Source: Candidatus Paceibacter sp.
GTDB lineage: Bacteria; Patescibacteriota; Minisyncoccia; UBA9983
Direction: 5' to 3'
Assembly: GCA_013360865.1 (NCBI GenBank)
Contig: JABWAS010000003.1
Coordinates: forward strand, 681-64,680
Length of the DNA: 64,000 bases
In this document: piece by piece, positions 8,910 to 18,025 of the stretch
Position numbering within the stretch: position 1 is the first letter of the stretch
Layout: each line of letters starts with the position of its first letter
The notes under the pieces: model-generated
Told to the model about the DNA's origin: nothing
Databases searched by the model: none
The model's input: the letters and a program-made list of their open reading frames with translations, nothing else
Translations under genes and position numbers: made by a program

Positions 8910-9007
8910 GCGGGTAAGGAGAATCGATCACAAATAATTTGCTTCGCAAATTTTCGCGACCCCACCTCGTTCCGCAAAGCGGAACTCCGGCCTTCGATTC
9001 TCTTACC
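8910..9007. repeat. tRNA-Gly 3'-end-derived inverted repeats (GCGGGTAAGGAGAATCGA … TCGATTCTCTTACC) enclosing ~65 nt of small hairpins, downstream of tRNA-Gly
   Basis: 8910-8927 repeats the first 18 nt of the tRNA-Gly gene's plus-strand footprint (9059-9076). 8994-9007 is its near reverse complement. Confidence 0.6.
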
Positions 9008-9057
9008 TGGCTATAAAAATATATTCGCAAACGCTTCGCGTTTTCTCATTATTTTTA

Positions 9058-9128
9058 TGCGGGTAAGGAGAATCGAACTCCTGTCTCATCCTTGGCAAGG
9101 ACGTGTTCTACCACTAAACCATACCCGC
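9058..9128 (-). tRNA. tRNA-Gly (GCC)
   Basis: GCGGGTA acceptor, anticodon stem-loop CGTCC-TTGCCAA-GGATG, T-loop TTCGATT, A73; CCA not encoded. Confidence 0.85.
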
Positions 9129-9211
9129 CTTCGCTACGCTTCGGCGGGCAGGCCCGCTTTGGCGCAGTTGCAATAAAATAAATTATATACGAATACTACA
9201 AAAAATAAAGG

Positions 9212-9294
9212 TGCTGGGGAGAGGACTTGAACCTCCACGGGGTTTCCCCCACCAGCTTCTAAGGCTGGCGTGTCTGCCATTCCACCACCCCAGC
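9212..9294 (-). tRNA. tRNA-Leu (TAG), type II with long variable arm
   Basis: Acceptor GCTGGGG, anticodon stem-loop CCAGC-CTTAGAA-GCTGG, variable arm TGGGGGAAACCCCGT, T-loop TTCAAGT. Confidence 0.85.
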
Positions 9295-9306
9295 AAATAA
9301 ATATTA

Positions 9307-9379
9307 TGCCCTGTGAGGGATTCGAACCCCCGACCATCTCCTTAAGAGGGAGTTGCTCTACCAACTGAGCTAACAGGGC
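9307..9379 (-). tRNA. tRNA-Lys (CTT)
   Basis: Acceptor GCCCTGT, D-arm GCTCAGTTGGTAGAGC, anticodon loop CTCTTAA, T-loop TTCGAAT. Confidence 0.8.
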
Positions 9380-9427
9380 AAAATCCGCTATTAGAATAGC
9401 GGATTTTGGTTTTTAATCAAGTAAAAT

Positions 9428-10387
9428 TTATTGCAGCTTCGCCGCTTTCCTCGGCGGGAACCTGTCCAGATCTATGGTGCGGGGAAAACAAGATCTGCCT
9501 TCCTCGTGAATCCAGTTTTGGTTTATACCCAGGCCATCAACGGCAATAGGTATTCTCTTTGGTCCGTTAATATTCTCGTCTTTGTTGGAAGTTTTAAATT
9601 CGGCGCAAAGTTCAAATGACAAATTGCCCGTCGTTCGGTACTCATAGGGCAGACCGGTTTCCGGATCATTGGGCGGGATAAAGCCAGTGATGTCGTTTTT
9701 CAACTCGTCCAGATTTTGGGGCAATCTTCCTTTCGTCTGCCAGTAATCAACAACCTGCCATTGGATATTGGAGAGGTCGTCTACCCTCCTTTGGTCAAAC
9801 TGCCTTAATCTCTCCGATTGGGGCAAGCCCACGGTGTAAAAACCGAAGATGACGGCGATGCCACCCAACGCGACCATTGTCCTGATAAGCGCCTTCATTT
9901 TGGGATTGGACGAAGGCGCGGTCTCTTTTCTCAAAATCCAGCCGTAATAAAAGAAGGCGGCGATGGCGATAACCAACACAGTCATAATTTTCAGAAGGAA
10001 GGGCATTGTCAGACTGCCGTTTAAAAATTGATAAACTACCGTGACGAAGTCGCCGGCCATGGTTATTATCGCCACAAAAAGAGTGAAGTACAGCAGCCAC
10101 TTTCTGATTTTAAGAGTCTTTTTTTCCGGATTAGCGGCAAGGTCTTTCTGGATAAATGACGATATCCATACGTAGAAAGGGAAAGCGATGGCCAGAACCG
10201 AAAGCGGCCACCTTAAGTTAGCCCTTATCCCTCCGGCGGTAATATGTCTCAACGGGTCGGGAAAATAAAAATCAACAAAGTTGAATACGACTATGCTGAA
10301 GAATACGACGCAGACGTAAAACGATATGATAGCCAAAAGGTTCAAGAACACGTCCTTCGGCCCTGTTTTTTTGATTTCTTCGTTCAT
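9428..10387 (-). CDS. Hypothetical polytopic membrane protein with a GspG/pseudopilin-like C-terminal periplasmic domain
   Basis: The likely true start is MNEEIKK at 10385-10387, because the longer ORF would overlap tRNA-Leu. Several TM helices, then …LPQNLDEL…DPETGLPYEYRT…. Confidence 0.55.
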   Translation of the reverse strand: MNEEIKKTGPKDVFLNLLAIISFYVCVVFFSIVVFNFVDFYFPDPLRHITAGGIRANLRWPLSVLAIAFPFYVWISSFIQKDLAANPEKKTLKIRKWLLYFTLFVAIITMAGDFVTVVYQFLNGSLTMPFLLKIMTVLVIAIAAFFYYGWILRKETAPSSNPKMKALIRTMVALGGIAVIFGFYTVGLPQSERLRQFDQRRVDDLSNIQWQVVDYWQTKGRLPQNLDELKNDITGFIPPNDPETGLPYEYRTTGNLSFELCAEFKTSNKDENINGPKRIPIAVDGLGINQNWIHEEGRSCFPRTIDLDRFPPRKAAKLQ

Positions 10388-10430
10388 AAAAATGATTATA
10401 GCATAATTTATAAAGTTCGTTCCGAACAAT

Positions 10431-10511
10431 TGCCGGTGGTGGGACTCGAACCCACATCCCTTTCGGGACACGATTTTAAGTCGTGCGTGTATACCATTCC
10501 ACCACACCGGC
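10431..10511 (-). tRNA. tRNA-Leu (TAA), type II
   Basis: Acceptor GCCGGTG, anticodon stem-loop CACGA-CTTAAAA-TCGTG, long variable arm, T-loop TTCGAGT. Confidence 0.85.
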
Positions 10512-10517
10512 ATCCAA

Positions 10518-10589
10518 AGGCGCGGGCGGGAATCGAACCCGCGTATGGCGGTTTTGCAGACCGCAGCGTTACCACTTCGCCACCGCGCC
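10518..10589 (-). tRNA. tRNA-Cys (GCA)
   Basis: Acceptor GGCGCGG, anticodon stem-loop GCGGT-CTGCAAA-ACCGC, T-loop TTCGATT, discriminator U73 (Cys identity). Confidence 0.85.
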
Positions 10590-10591
10590 GT

Positions 10592-10942
10592 TTACTTTAA
10601 AATATTTTCTATCTTTGTTTCCAGCTTCAATCCTTTGTCTATCTCAAAAGACACCTCCGGCAGGTTTTGCAGTCTTGTTTCCGCTTTCAGAAATTTTCTC
10701 AAATCTTTTCTTTTTCTGTTTAAAAGGTCAACAATTTCTTTTTCTTTCTTTTCCGGAAAAACGCTTATCAAAACCCGCACGTAGTCGGTGCTCGCGGACA
10801 AAATAACCTTGGTCGCCGTCACCAGCGCCTCCGGGTCCACTTCAAATCTTATAAAAGAGCCGGCCACCTCGCGCAGCAAAGACGCCAACCTCTTTTTTTT
10901 CTTTATTTTTGCGCTATCCATCACTGCTGTATTTTGCAACAT
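10592..10942 (-). CDS. rbfA: Ribosome-binding factor A
   Basis: The RbfA pattern …KRLASLLREVAGSFIRFEV…YVRVLISVFPE… is present, the size is ~110 aa, and the gene sits in an infB-region-like neighbourhood. Confidence 0.7.
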   Translation of the reverse strand: MLQNTAVMDSAKIKKKKRLASLLREVAGSFIRFEVDPEALVTATKVILSASTDYVRVLISVFPEKKEKEIVDLLNRKRKDLRKFLKAETRLQNLPEVSFEIDKGLKLETKIENILK

Positions 10943-10950
10943 TAAAAGCC

Positions 10951-12501
10951 TTATTTCAAGGCCAAGCTCTCCCCCCTCATTTCCGCCGGTTTTTCAATCC
11001 CCATTATCTCCAGAATTGTCGGGGCGATATCAGCCAGTTTACCCGTCCGCGAGGAGGGTTTACCCGCCGACACGGAGGGCTTGTCCGAGTTTTTAAGCTT
11101 TATATTTTTGGCGGCAATTATAAGCGGCACACGGCTTTCCGTGTGGGCCGTGTGCGGACTGCCGGTTTTATCGTCAAACATTTTTTCGGCGTTGCCGTGG
11201 TCGGCCGTCACAATCAAAACATATCCGAATTTTTTCACCGCTTCAAAAATCCGGCCGATGCTTCCATCCACTGCTTCAACCGCCCTGACAGTTGCTTCAA
11301 CCTTTCCGGAATGGCCCACCATGTCCAGATTGGCAAAGTTGGCCAGAATAAAATCATATTTGCCGCCGGCGGACTTTTCTACCACGGCGTCGGCGATTTC
11401 TTCGGCTTTCATCTCCGGCGCCAGGTCATGAGTGGCGACTTTGTTGGATGGGATAAGCAGACGGTCTTCGCCCGCGTACGGATATTCCCTGCCTCCGTTG
11501 AAAAAGTAAGTGGCATGGGCGAATTTTTCCGTCTCCGCAACATGAAACTGCTTCAGGTTGTTTTTGGATAAAACTTCCGCCAGATTTTCTTCAATCACTC
11601 CGCCGGAAAAAAGCGCCGTTTTAGCCATAGACGAATCATATTCGGTCATTGTCAGATAAGTGAAATCTTCGGCGTGGCATTCCTCGTTGAATTTTTGGGC
11701 CAGCTGTCTGGCCCGGTCGGAGCGGAAGTTGAAGAATATCATCACGTCATGGTCCATGATTTCGCAAGTTCTGCCAGCTGGCGTCGGGAAAACACACGGC
11801 TTGATAAATTCATCGGTTACGCCGGACTCATAATTCTTTCTTATGGCTTCCGCCGGGGAATCGTACTTTTCTCCTTCCCCTTTAGTTATGGCGTTAAAAG
11901 CGCATTGCGTCCTGTCCCAATTATTATCTCTGTCCATAGCGTAATAACGGCCGGAGAGCGAGGCCACGCAGGCCATGCCTGATTCTTTGCAAACTGACTC
12001 CAACTCGGCCACATATTTTTCGGCACTTTGCGGCGGAGTGTCCCGCCCGTCGGTAAAAGCGTGGATAAAAACTCTCGGCACTCCCGACTTTTTGGCCAAA
12101 TCAATCAAGGCGTAGAGATGTCTGATATGGGAATGCACCCCGCCCGGCGAAACAAGTCCCTTTATGTGAACAGTGGAATTAAATTTTTTCGCTTTCTCAA
12201 AAGCCGCGGCAAGAAGAGGATTTTTCTCCAGTATTTTTTCTTCAACCGCCTTGTTTATTTTTTCTAAGTCCTGATACACCACTCTGCCGGCTCCGATGTT
12301 CATGTGCCCCACTTCGCTGTTGCCCATCTGCCCTTCTGGCAAACCGACAGCCTTGCCCGACGCTTCCAGCTCGCAATGAGGAAAGTTGTTCCAAAGGTAA
12401 TTAAAGTTCGGCGTCTTGGCTTGGGCGATGGCGTTGTATTTTTTGTCATCCGACAATCCCCACCCGTCCAGAATCAAAAGAATTACTTTTTTGTGATTCA
12501 T
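10951..12501 (-). CDS. gpmI: 2,3-bisphosphoglycerate-independent phosphoglycerate mutase
   Basis: MNHKKVILLILDGWG, …NSEVGHMNIGAGR…, and the C-terminal metal-binding TADHGN. The start is placed at the internal Met that matches iPGM N-termini. Confidence 0.85.
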   Translation of the reverse strand: MNHKKVILLILDGWGLSDDKKYNAIAQAKTPNFNYLWNNFPHCELEASGKAVGLPEGQMGNSEVGHMNIGAGRVVYQDLEKINKAVEEKILEKNPLLAAAFEKAKKFNSTVHIKGLVSPGGVHSHIRHLYALIDLAKKSGVPRVFIHAFTDGRDTPPQSAEKYVAELESVCKESGMACVASLSGRYYAMDRDNNWDRTQCAFNAITKGEGEKYDSPAEAIRKNYESGVTDEFIKPCVFPTPAGRTCEIMDHDVMIFFNFRSDRARQLAQKFNEECHAEDFTYLTMTEYDSSMAKTALFSGGVIEENLAEVLSKNNLKQFHVAETEKFAHATYFFNGGREYPYAGEDRLLIPSNKVATHDLAPEMKAEEIADAVVEKSAGGKYDFILANFANLDMVGHSGKVEATVRAVEAVDGSIGRIFEAVKKFGYVLIVTADHGNAEKMFDDKTGSPHTAHTESRVPLIIAAKNIKLKNSDKPSVSAGKPSSRTGKLADIAPTILEIMGIEKPAEMRGESLALK

Positions 12502-12539
12502 TGGTTTAATTTTACTCAAAGTTAACAAAAGAAACTAGC

Positions 12540-12622
12540 ATCGTTTGCGACGCCTTTCGCAGCGCGACGGCGCGAGAAGAGCAAATTTTCAGCAGAAAAT
12601 TATGCGAGCCGAGCAAATGATG
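12540..12622. repeat. 83-bp element with 9-bp terminal inverted repeats, copy 1 (identical to 42515-42597), inserted in the centre of the eno terminator palindrome
   Basis: Exact 83/83 identity with copy 2. The ends ATCGTTTGC…GCAAATGAT are inverted. The flanks gaaactagc/gctagtttc form a split palindrome. Confidence 0.85.
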
Positions 12623-14044
<1,422 letters not shown>

Positions 14045-14096
14045 TTAACATCTTAATTTAAAGATTCCTGAATTTTTTTCTGAAAGGAGAAGAAAA

Positions 14097-15425
14097 ATGA
14101 GCATTTGGTGGAAGTTTTACCTGAAGAGAATTTTTCTGTTGGTTGCAAGTTTGGCTGTAATTGGTTTGATTACCCTGCTGGTTATGGGGGGTTTCTCAAA
14201 AATAGCGGATTACGCGTACCATCTCGTCGCCTGGATTTTGCAGCGGCTTACTGATCCAAATTGGAACTGGGACTGGAAACATTGGACAGTGTTTGGTTTA
14301 TCTTTGGGTATATTGTTGTTTGTTTATCTCCTTGCTTTTTTGCTGGGGCAAAGCAAAACAATAATTACAATGCCTAAGGAAGGAGAAATTGAGTTGGCGG
14401 TAAGAGGAGAAAGCTTCTTAAAAATCATACCCAATATAAAAGGGTATGGGACAAAAGAAGATGAAATAGAGGCGGACATAGGGGGCAAAATAATAAAAAT
14501 AAAAACACCCCAAATCTGTCCAACCGAAGAAGGAGGAAAACCGCCTAGAAAATTTCTCGGACTTGCGCTTGTAGGGCTGTTTATACCTTTTGATAAGATT
14601 CTTCGTTATGACTTTAGTTGGGATAAGGCCATCTCAAAAGCAACAGCCGATGAAGAAAAGAAAAAAGGCGCCAGCGTTGAGGAAACTTCTTTTGGCGACT
14701 TGTGGCTGTCCCACAGGACGGAAAAAGTGTCTTCTTTATATTTTAGGTACACTTACCCGATAATAGTAAGGAACATTGAACTTGCGGGCAGGTATCCTAT
14801 TGATATCTACTTTAACGTTACGGTTGAGGCGGTTTATCCCATCATCCCGGTGTTTTACCTTAAAGGTAGGTGGTTTACCGTGCTAAGTTCCAAGTTTGGA
14901 GGCGTAATAAGCGATCTTCTAAGGGGTAAGGAGCTGAAAACTTTTGAAGAAATGGAAAAAGAAGATTTCTTCAACGGAAAGGTTAAAGAAGAAAATAATA
15001 TTTTTCTCAAAGCAACGGGGATGAAAATATTCCATGCCGCTTACAGAGATTACCAACCGTCTGGAACTTTAGAAGAAAAAACAGCAGCTTCCGCGGAAAA
15101 AGTGGCCAAACTTAGAGCTGATGCTAGGAAACAAGAAGCAGAAGGAGAAGGAGCCGCGCTGGAACGGGAAGGCGTAGCAAAAGCAAAAAATCTTGAACGA
15201 CTACTTGAACAAGCCAGCAAACACCCTCTCGGTGGACAAATCCTGATAGAACAATTTCGAAAGGAAGGGTTGGAGGGTTTTAGCGGCAATTTCCTAAGTC
15301 TGGGTCAAGCTCAACCCGCCGCTCCCATGATCGGAGTAGACGCAGGCGGCACAGGCGGTAAAAACAAAAAAACAGGAAAAAAGAAGCAAGAACCAGAAGA
15401 ACCAAAAGAAGAAGAGGAAGAATAG
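14097..15425 (+). CDS. SPFH/band-7 (flotillin-like) membrane protein with a Glu/Lys-rich tail
   Basis: N-terminal TM helices. The C-terminal coiled coil …KLRADARKQEAEGEGAALEREGVAKAKNLERLLEQA… is typical of flotillin/YqiK. Confidence 0.45.
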   Translation: MSIWWKFYLKRIFLLVASLAVIGLITLLVMGGFSKIADYAYHLVAWILQRLTDPNWNWDWKHWTVFGLSLGILLFVYLLAFLLGQSKTIITMPKEGEIELAVRGESFLKIIPNIKGYGTKEDEIEADIGGKIIKIKTPQICPTEEGGKPPRKFLGLALVGLFIPFDKILRYDFSWDKAISKATADEEKKKGASVEETSFGDLWLSHRTEKVSSLYFRYTYPIIVRNIELAGRYPIDIYFNVTVEAVYPIIPVFYLKGRWFTVLSSKFGGVISDLLRGKELKTFEEMEKEDFFNGKVKEENNIFLKATGMKIFHAAYRDYQPSGTLEEKTAASAEKVAKLRADARKQEAEGEGAALEREGVAKAKNLERLLEQASKHPLGGQILIEQFRKEGLEGFSGNFLSLGQAQPAAPMIGVDAGGTGGKNKKTGKKKQEPEEPKEEEEE

Positions 15426-15441
15426 AAAGGAGGAATAACAA

Positions 15442-16287
15442 ATGGACAAAATGATATGGGGATTGGCAATAGTTTTTGGCGTAATCGCTTTTATTTCTTT
15501 TTTGCTGTGGCAAAAGTCAAGCGGCTACAAAATAAGCATGAAGGGGTATCTGCCCAAATACCCTGGGACATGGAAAATAATAGGGTTAATTTTCGCCGGT
15601 GGAGCGGCATATGGGATATATTTGATTGTTTGCAGTTATATCCCGCCCCAGAGCGAGCGGTTGTTTAAGCAGGTGGTTGAAAAACAAAAGGCGCAAGAAA
15701 TTGCGCCACTGCTTAAAGAGTTGCAGGATATCACAGAAGGAACAAGTACCGCTTCGGGCGTCGGAAAGGCGAAAGGGATTAAGGATGAAATTGAAGTCAT
15801 TGAGAAAAAGTACGACAAGATATTGGATCCGGAATCCGCAAAAGAAACTCCTCCTCCCCGTGTTTATGTGGAATGGGTTTTAGAGATTAAGGCGACCTCC
15901 GCCCTCATAGAAAGTTATGAGAGGCAAAAGCCATTAATTCAGAGGCCCGTGGCCTCAATAATATGGGACAAAAACAAAATGTCCCTAAAATACCTCGCGA
16001 AGAGCGACGGCAAGGAGCGAGAAATTATTCTGGAGAGGGATGTTCCGGAACAATTTTTTGCCGGGTATTATTGGAATAGCGATACCCGGAAAAATTCCGT
16101 CTTGTGGCTGAAAGAGCCCCAGGGCGGTGTCGCAAATAAATTTGAATCTTACGACCAGATAAAAAAAGAAAAGGTCGTAAGAGAAACGATTTTCACCGGT
16201 TGGATGTCAAAAAACAGCCGGGGCGATACGATGGATGCGGAAGTATCCATCATCAAGCAAACAACAACGGCAGCTAGCAAAAACTAG
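15442..16287 (+). CDS. Hypothetical membrane protein (2 N-terminal TM), probably co-transcribed with the SPFH gene
   Basis: It starts 17 nt after the SPFH stop and is followed by a terminator. Confidence 0.45.
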   Translation: MDKMIWGLAIVFGVIAFISFLLWQKSSGYKISMKGYLPKYPGTWKIIGLIFAGGAAYGIYLIVCSYIPPQSERLFKQVVEKQKAQEIAPLLKELQDITEGTSTASGVGKAKGIKDEIEVIEKKYDKILDPESAKETPPPRVYVEWVLEIKATSALIESYERQKPLIQRPVASIIWDKNKMSLKYLAKSDGKEREIILERDVPEQFFAGYYWNSDTRKNSVLWLKEPQGGVANKFESYDQIKKEKVVRETIFTGWMSKNSRGDTMDAEVSIIKQTTTAASKN

Positions 16288-16300
16288 CTGCCGCTTTTTT
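16269..16300 (+). terminator. Rho-independent terminator (GGCAGCTAG…CTAGCTGCC plus T6), shared by convergent genes
   Basis: A perfect 9-bp stem followed by TTTTTT. Confidence 0.7.
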
Positions 16301-16319
16301 ATGCCGATAATTCAGAAAT

Positions 16320-16790
16320 TTATTCTAAATCTATCCCCCCGCCCTTACTGCTCGCGTTTCCTCCCTGCAAAACGCTGTCATAAAGATACGGCACGTCCGG
16401 CGGGCTGTCGTCCAAGTCAAAAGTATTTACCAAAATATTAACTATCCCCCAGAAGCTTATCATTACGAACAGGCCAATGACGCCGAACGTCATCATTTTG
16501 CCCGCCTCTTTCCTTTTATCCTCGTCGCCGCCGGAAGTGATGTATTTTAAAATGCCGATAAGAAAATAAACGACGGCCAGGGCGACAATCAAAACAACGA
16601 CAATATCCAAAATGTCCAAAATTATGTAAAGCAAATCCCACAAACCTCCGCCGCCTCCTCTTCCGGTGTATCTTGTGCTTACATCAACGTCGTAATCTAT
16701 GAGGTTGTCCTGCGCCAAAGCAAAAACGGGCAGGAAGTAAACGACTACGGCTAATAATTTTTTAAGATAATTTTTTATTATTCTCCTCAT
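16320..16790 (-). CDS. Small secreted 2-TM protein, VirB2/TrbC-pilin-like, paralog 5 (156 aa)
   Basis: Signal peptide ending …VFALA-QD, then two hydrophobic helices separated by SGGDEDKRKEAG, with the conserved FGVIGLFVMISFWGIVNIL motif. Confidence 0.5.
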   Translation of the reverse strand: MRRIIKNYLKKLLAVVVYFLPVFALAQDNLIDYDVDVSTRYTGRGGGGGLWDLLYIILDILDIVVVLIVALAVVYFLIGILKYITSGGDEDKRKEAGKMMTFGVIGLFVMISFWGIVNILVNTFDLDDSPPDVPYLYDSVLQGGNASSKGGGIDLE

Positions 16791-16797
16791 AATACGG

Positions 16798-16844
16798 CAT
16801 CAAGGTTCCTACTTGATAGTTGCTATAAAGGAGGAACCTTGATG
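16798..16844. promoter_or_regulatory. Palindromic element CATCAAGGTTCCT…AGGAACCTTGATG, 10 nt upstream of the paralog-5 start
   Basis: 13-bp perfect inverted arms, related to the element at 17531-17577. Confidence 0.5.
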
Positions 16845-16866
16845 CAACCAGACATTCAGCCCAATC

Positions 16867-17130
16867 TTAATAAATTGATTCAATGTCCCACCAGAAATCA
16901 GACAAAATATTGATTATGCCGTAAGCGGAAATCATCACGAACATCCCGATCACTCCGTATATCATATGTCTCTTGCCCTTGCTTCTTACGTCCTCGTTTT
17001 CCGCGCCAAGAATATACTCTGTTATGCCGTAAATGAACATAACCGTAGCCACGGCAAACATAAAGCCGATTATCGGGTTTAGGATAAGGTGCTTTACGTT
17101 GTTTATCAGCTTTACGGTTTCAGCGCTCAT
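16867..17130 (-). CDS. Small 2-TM protein, VirB2/TrbC-pilin-like, paralog 4 (87 aa)
   Basis: Two hydrophobic helices separated by AENEDVRSKGKRH; conserved YGVIGMFVMISAYGIINIL. Confidence 0.45.
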   Translation of the reverse strand: MSAETVKLINNVKHLILNPIIGFMFAVATVMFIYGITEYILGAENEDVRSKGKRHMIYGVIGMFVMISAYGIINILSDFWWDIESIY

Positions 17131-17131
17131 T

Positions 17132-17476
17132 TTATATCTGTGGCAGAACGTCTATATCCGGCAAGTCGTTGTCCAGATTAAAAGTTCCTTCCAGAATATT
17201 GACCAATCCCCAGACACTGACCATCACGAACAAGCCGATGATGGCGTAGATGATGAGATTGTGGTAATTCTTCCTCTTTTCTTCGTCTTCTCCGGCTCTT
17301 ATGTAACCGATAATAGCTATCAACAAGATAATGACGGCGATAGCGATTATCAAAGGAACGATTTTGTTCAATATGTCGCCGGTAAGATCAATAAGATCGT
17401 CTAAGCTGGAAACGGCTCCGGCCGCCAAAGGAAGACCGAGCAGTCCGAAAGTTAAAACCTTTTTAACTAAATTCAT
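17132..17476 (-). CDS. Small secreted 2-TM protein, VirB2/TrbC-pilin-like, paralog 3 (114 aa)
   Basis: Signal peptide …LAAGA, loop AGEDEEKRKNY, conserved YAIIGLFVMVSVWGLVNIL. Confidence 0.5.
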   Translation of the reverse strand: MNLVKKVLTFGLLGLPLAAGAVSSLDDLIDLTGDILNKIVPLIIAIAVIILLIAIIGYIRAGEDEEKRKNYHNLIIYAIIGLFVMVSVWGLVNILEGTFNLDNDLPDIDVLPQI

Positions 17477-17494
17477 AAATTAATTTTTAAATAT

Positions 17495-17510
17495 TTTTGG
17501 TCGACCAAAA
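17495..17510. promoter_or_regulatory. 16-bp perfect palindrome TTTTGGTCGACCAAAA in the paralog-3 promoter region
   Basis: It lies between the big palindrome (17531-17577) and the start codon (17476). Confidence 0.4.
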
Positions 17511-17530
17511 TTTTCTAATAATAATTCTGA

Positions 17531-17577
17531 CATCAAGGTTTCTCCTTGATAGCTGCTATCAAGGAGAAACCTTGATG
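17531..17577. promoter_or_regulatory. 47-bp perfect palindrome CATCAAGGTTTCTCCTTGATAGC t GCTATCAAGGAGAAACCTTGATG upstream of paralog 3
   Basis: 23-bp arms with a nested inner palindrome CCTTGATAGCTGCTATCAAGG. Confidence 0.55.
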
Positions 17578-17617
17578 TTCTATAATAATAAACCATTATT
17601 TCAAAAACAGCTACAGT

Positions 17618-17995
17618 TCAAAGCGCCTTGACTGTGGATTGCAAAACTTCCGTTATGACCCAGGCTCCCACCAGTATACCTGTTCCTATTATCGCCCAAA
17701 GCAGACCTTTTTTGGCGTCGGTTAAGGCTTTCTCGTCGCCTCTGGCCATTACCATTCTTAATCCGGAATAAATTATAAACACTACCGCTATGGGTATGCC
17801 TATTTCTATGGCCAAAGTGGAGATTGTTTTAACTAAGTCGCTGAAAGAACTGGAAGTCAGCGGGTTGCAAAGAACGCTTGTTTCCGAACCGGAGTAGAAC
17901 TCGCAATCCGAGGAATTTTGGGCGCGGGCGGACAGAAAAAAATTAAAATAATTGAATGTCGCCGCTACGATTATGAATATTTTCTTTTTTAGCAT
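17618..17995 (-). CDS. Small secreted 2-TM protein, VirB2/TrbC-pilin-like, paralog 2 (125 aa)
   Basis: Signal peptide …LSARA-QN, a Cys pair in the mature N-terminus, loop ARGDEKALTDAKKG, second TM LLWAIIGTGILVGAWVITEVL. Confidence 0.45.
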   Translation of the reverse strand: MLKKKIFIIVAATFNYFNFFLSARAQNSSDCEFYSGSETSVLCNPLTSSSFSDLVKTISTLAIEIGIPIAVVFIIYSGLRMVMARGDEKALTDAKKGLLWAIIGTGILVGAWVITEVLQSTVKAL

Positions 17996-18025
17996 ATAAA
18001 GTTTGTTTTTAAATGTAATTTAGCT

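Noticed and set aside
8910-9007. Reading 8910-9007 as a plus-strand tRNA (GGTAAGG … TCTTACC acceptor pairing, TTCGATTC T-loop)
   Set aside because: There is no D-arm or anticodon arm between the ends. The ends are copies of the neighbouring tRNA-Gly 3' region in inverted orientation.
9428-10513. Full 361-aa extent of the membrane-protein ORF; also the 64-aa and 76-aa ORFs at 8836-9030 and 9134-9364
   Set aside because: The 5' extension (MPVWWNGIHARLKIVSRKGCGFESHH…) is the reverse complement of tRNA-Leu(TAA), so the start was moved to MNEEIKK. The two small ORFs lie entirely over tRNA genes or tRNA-derived repeats.
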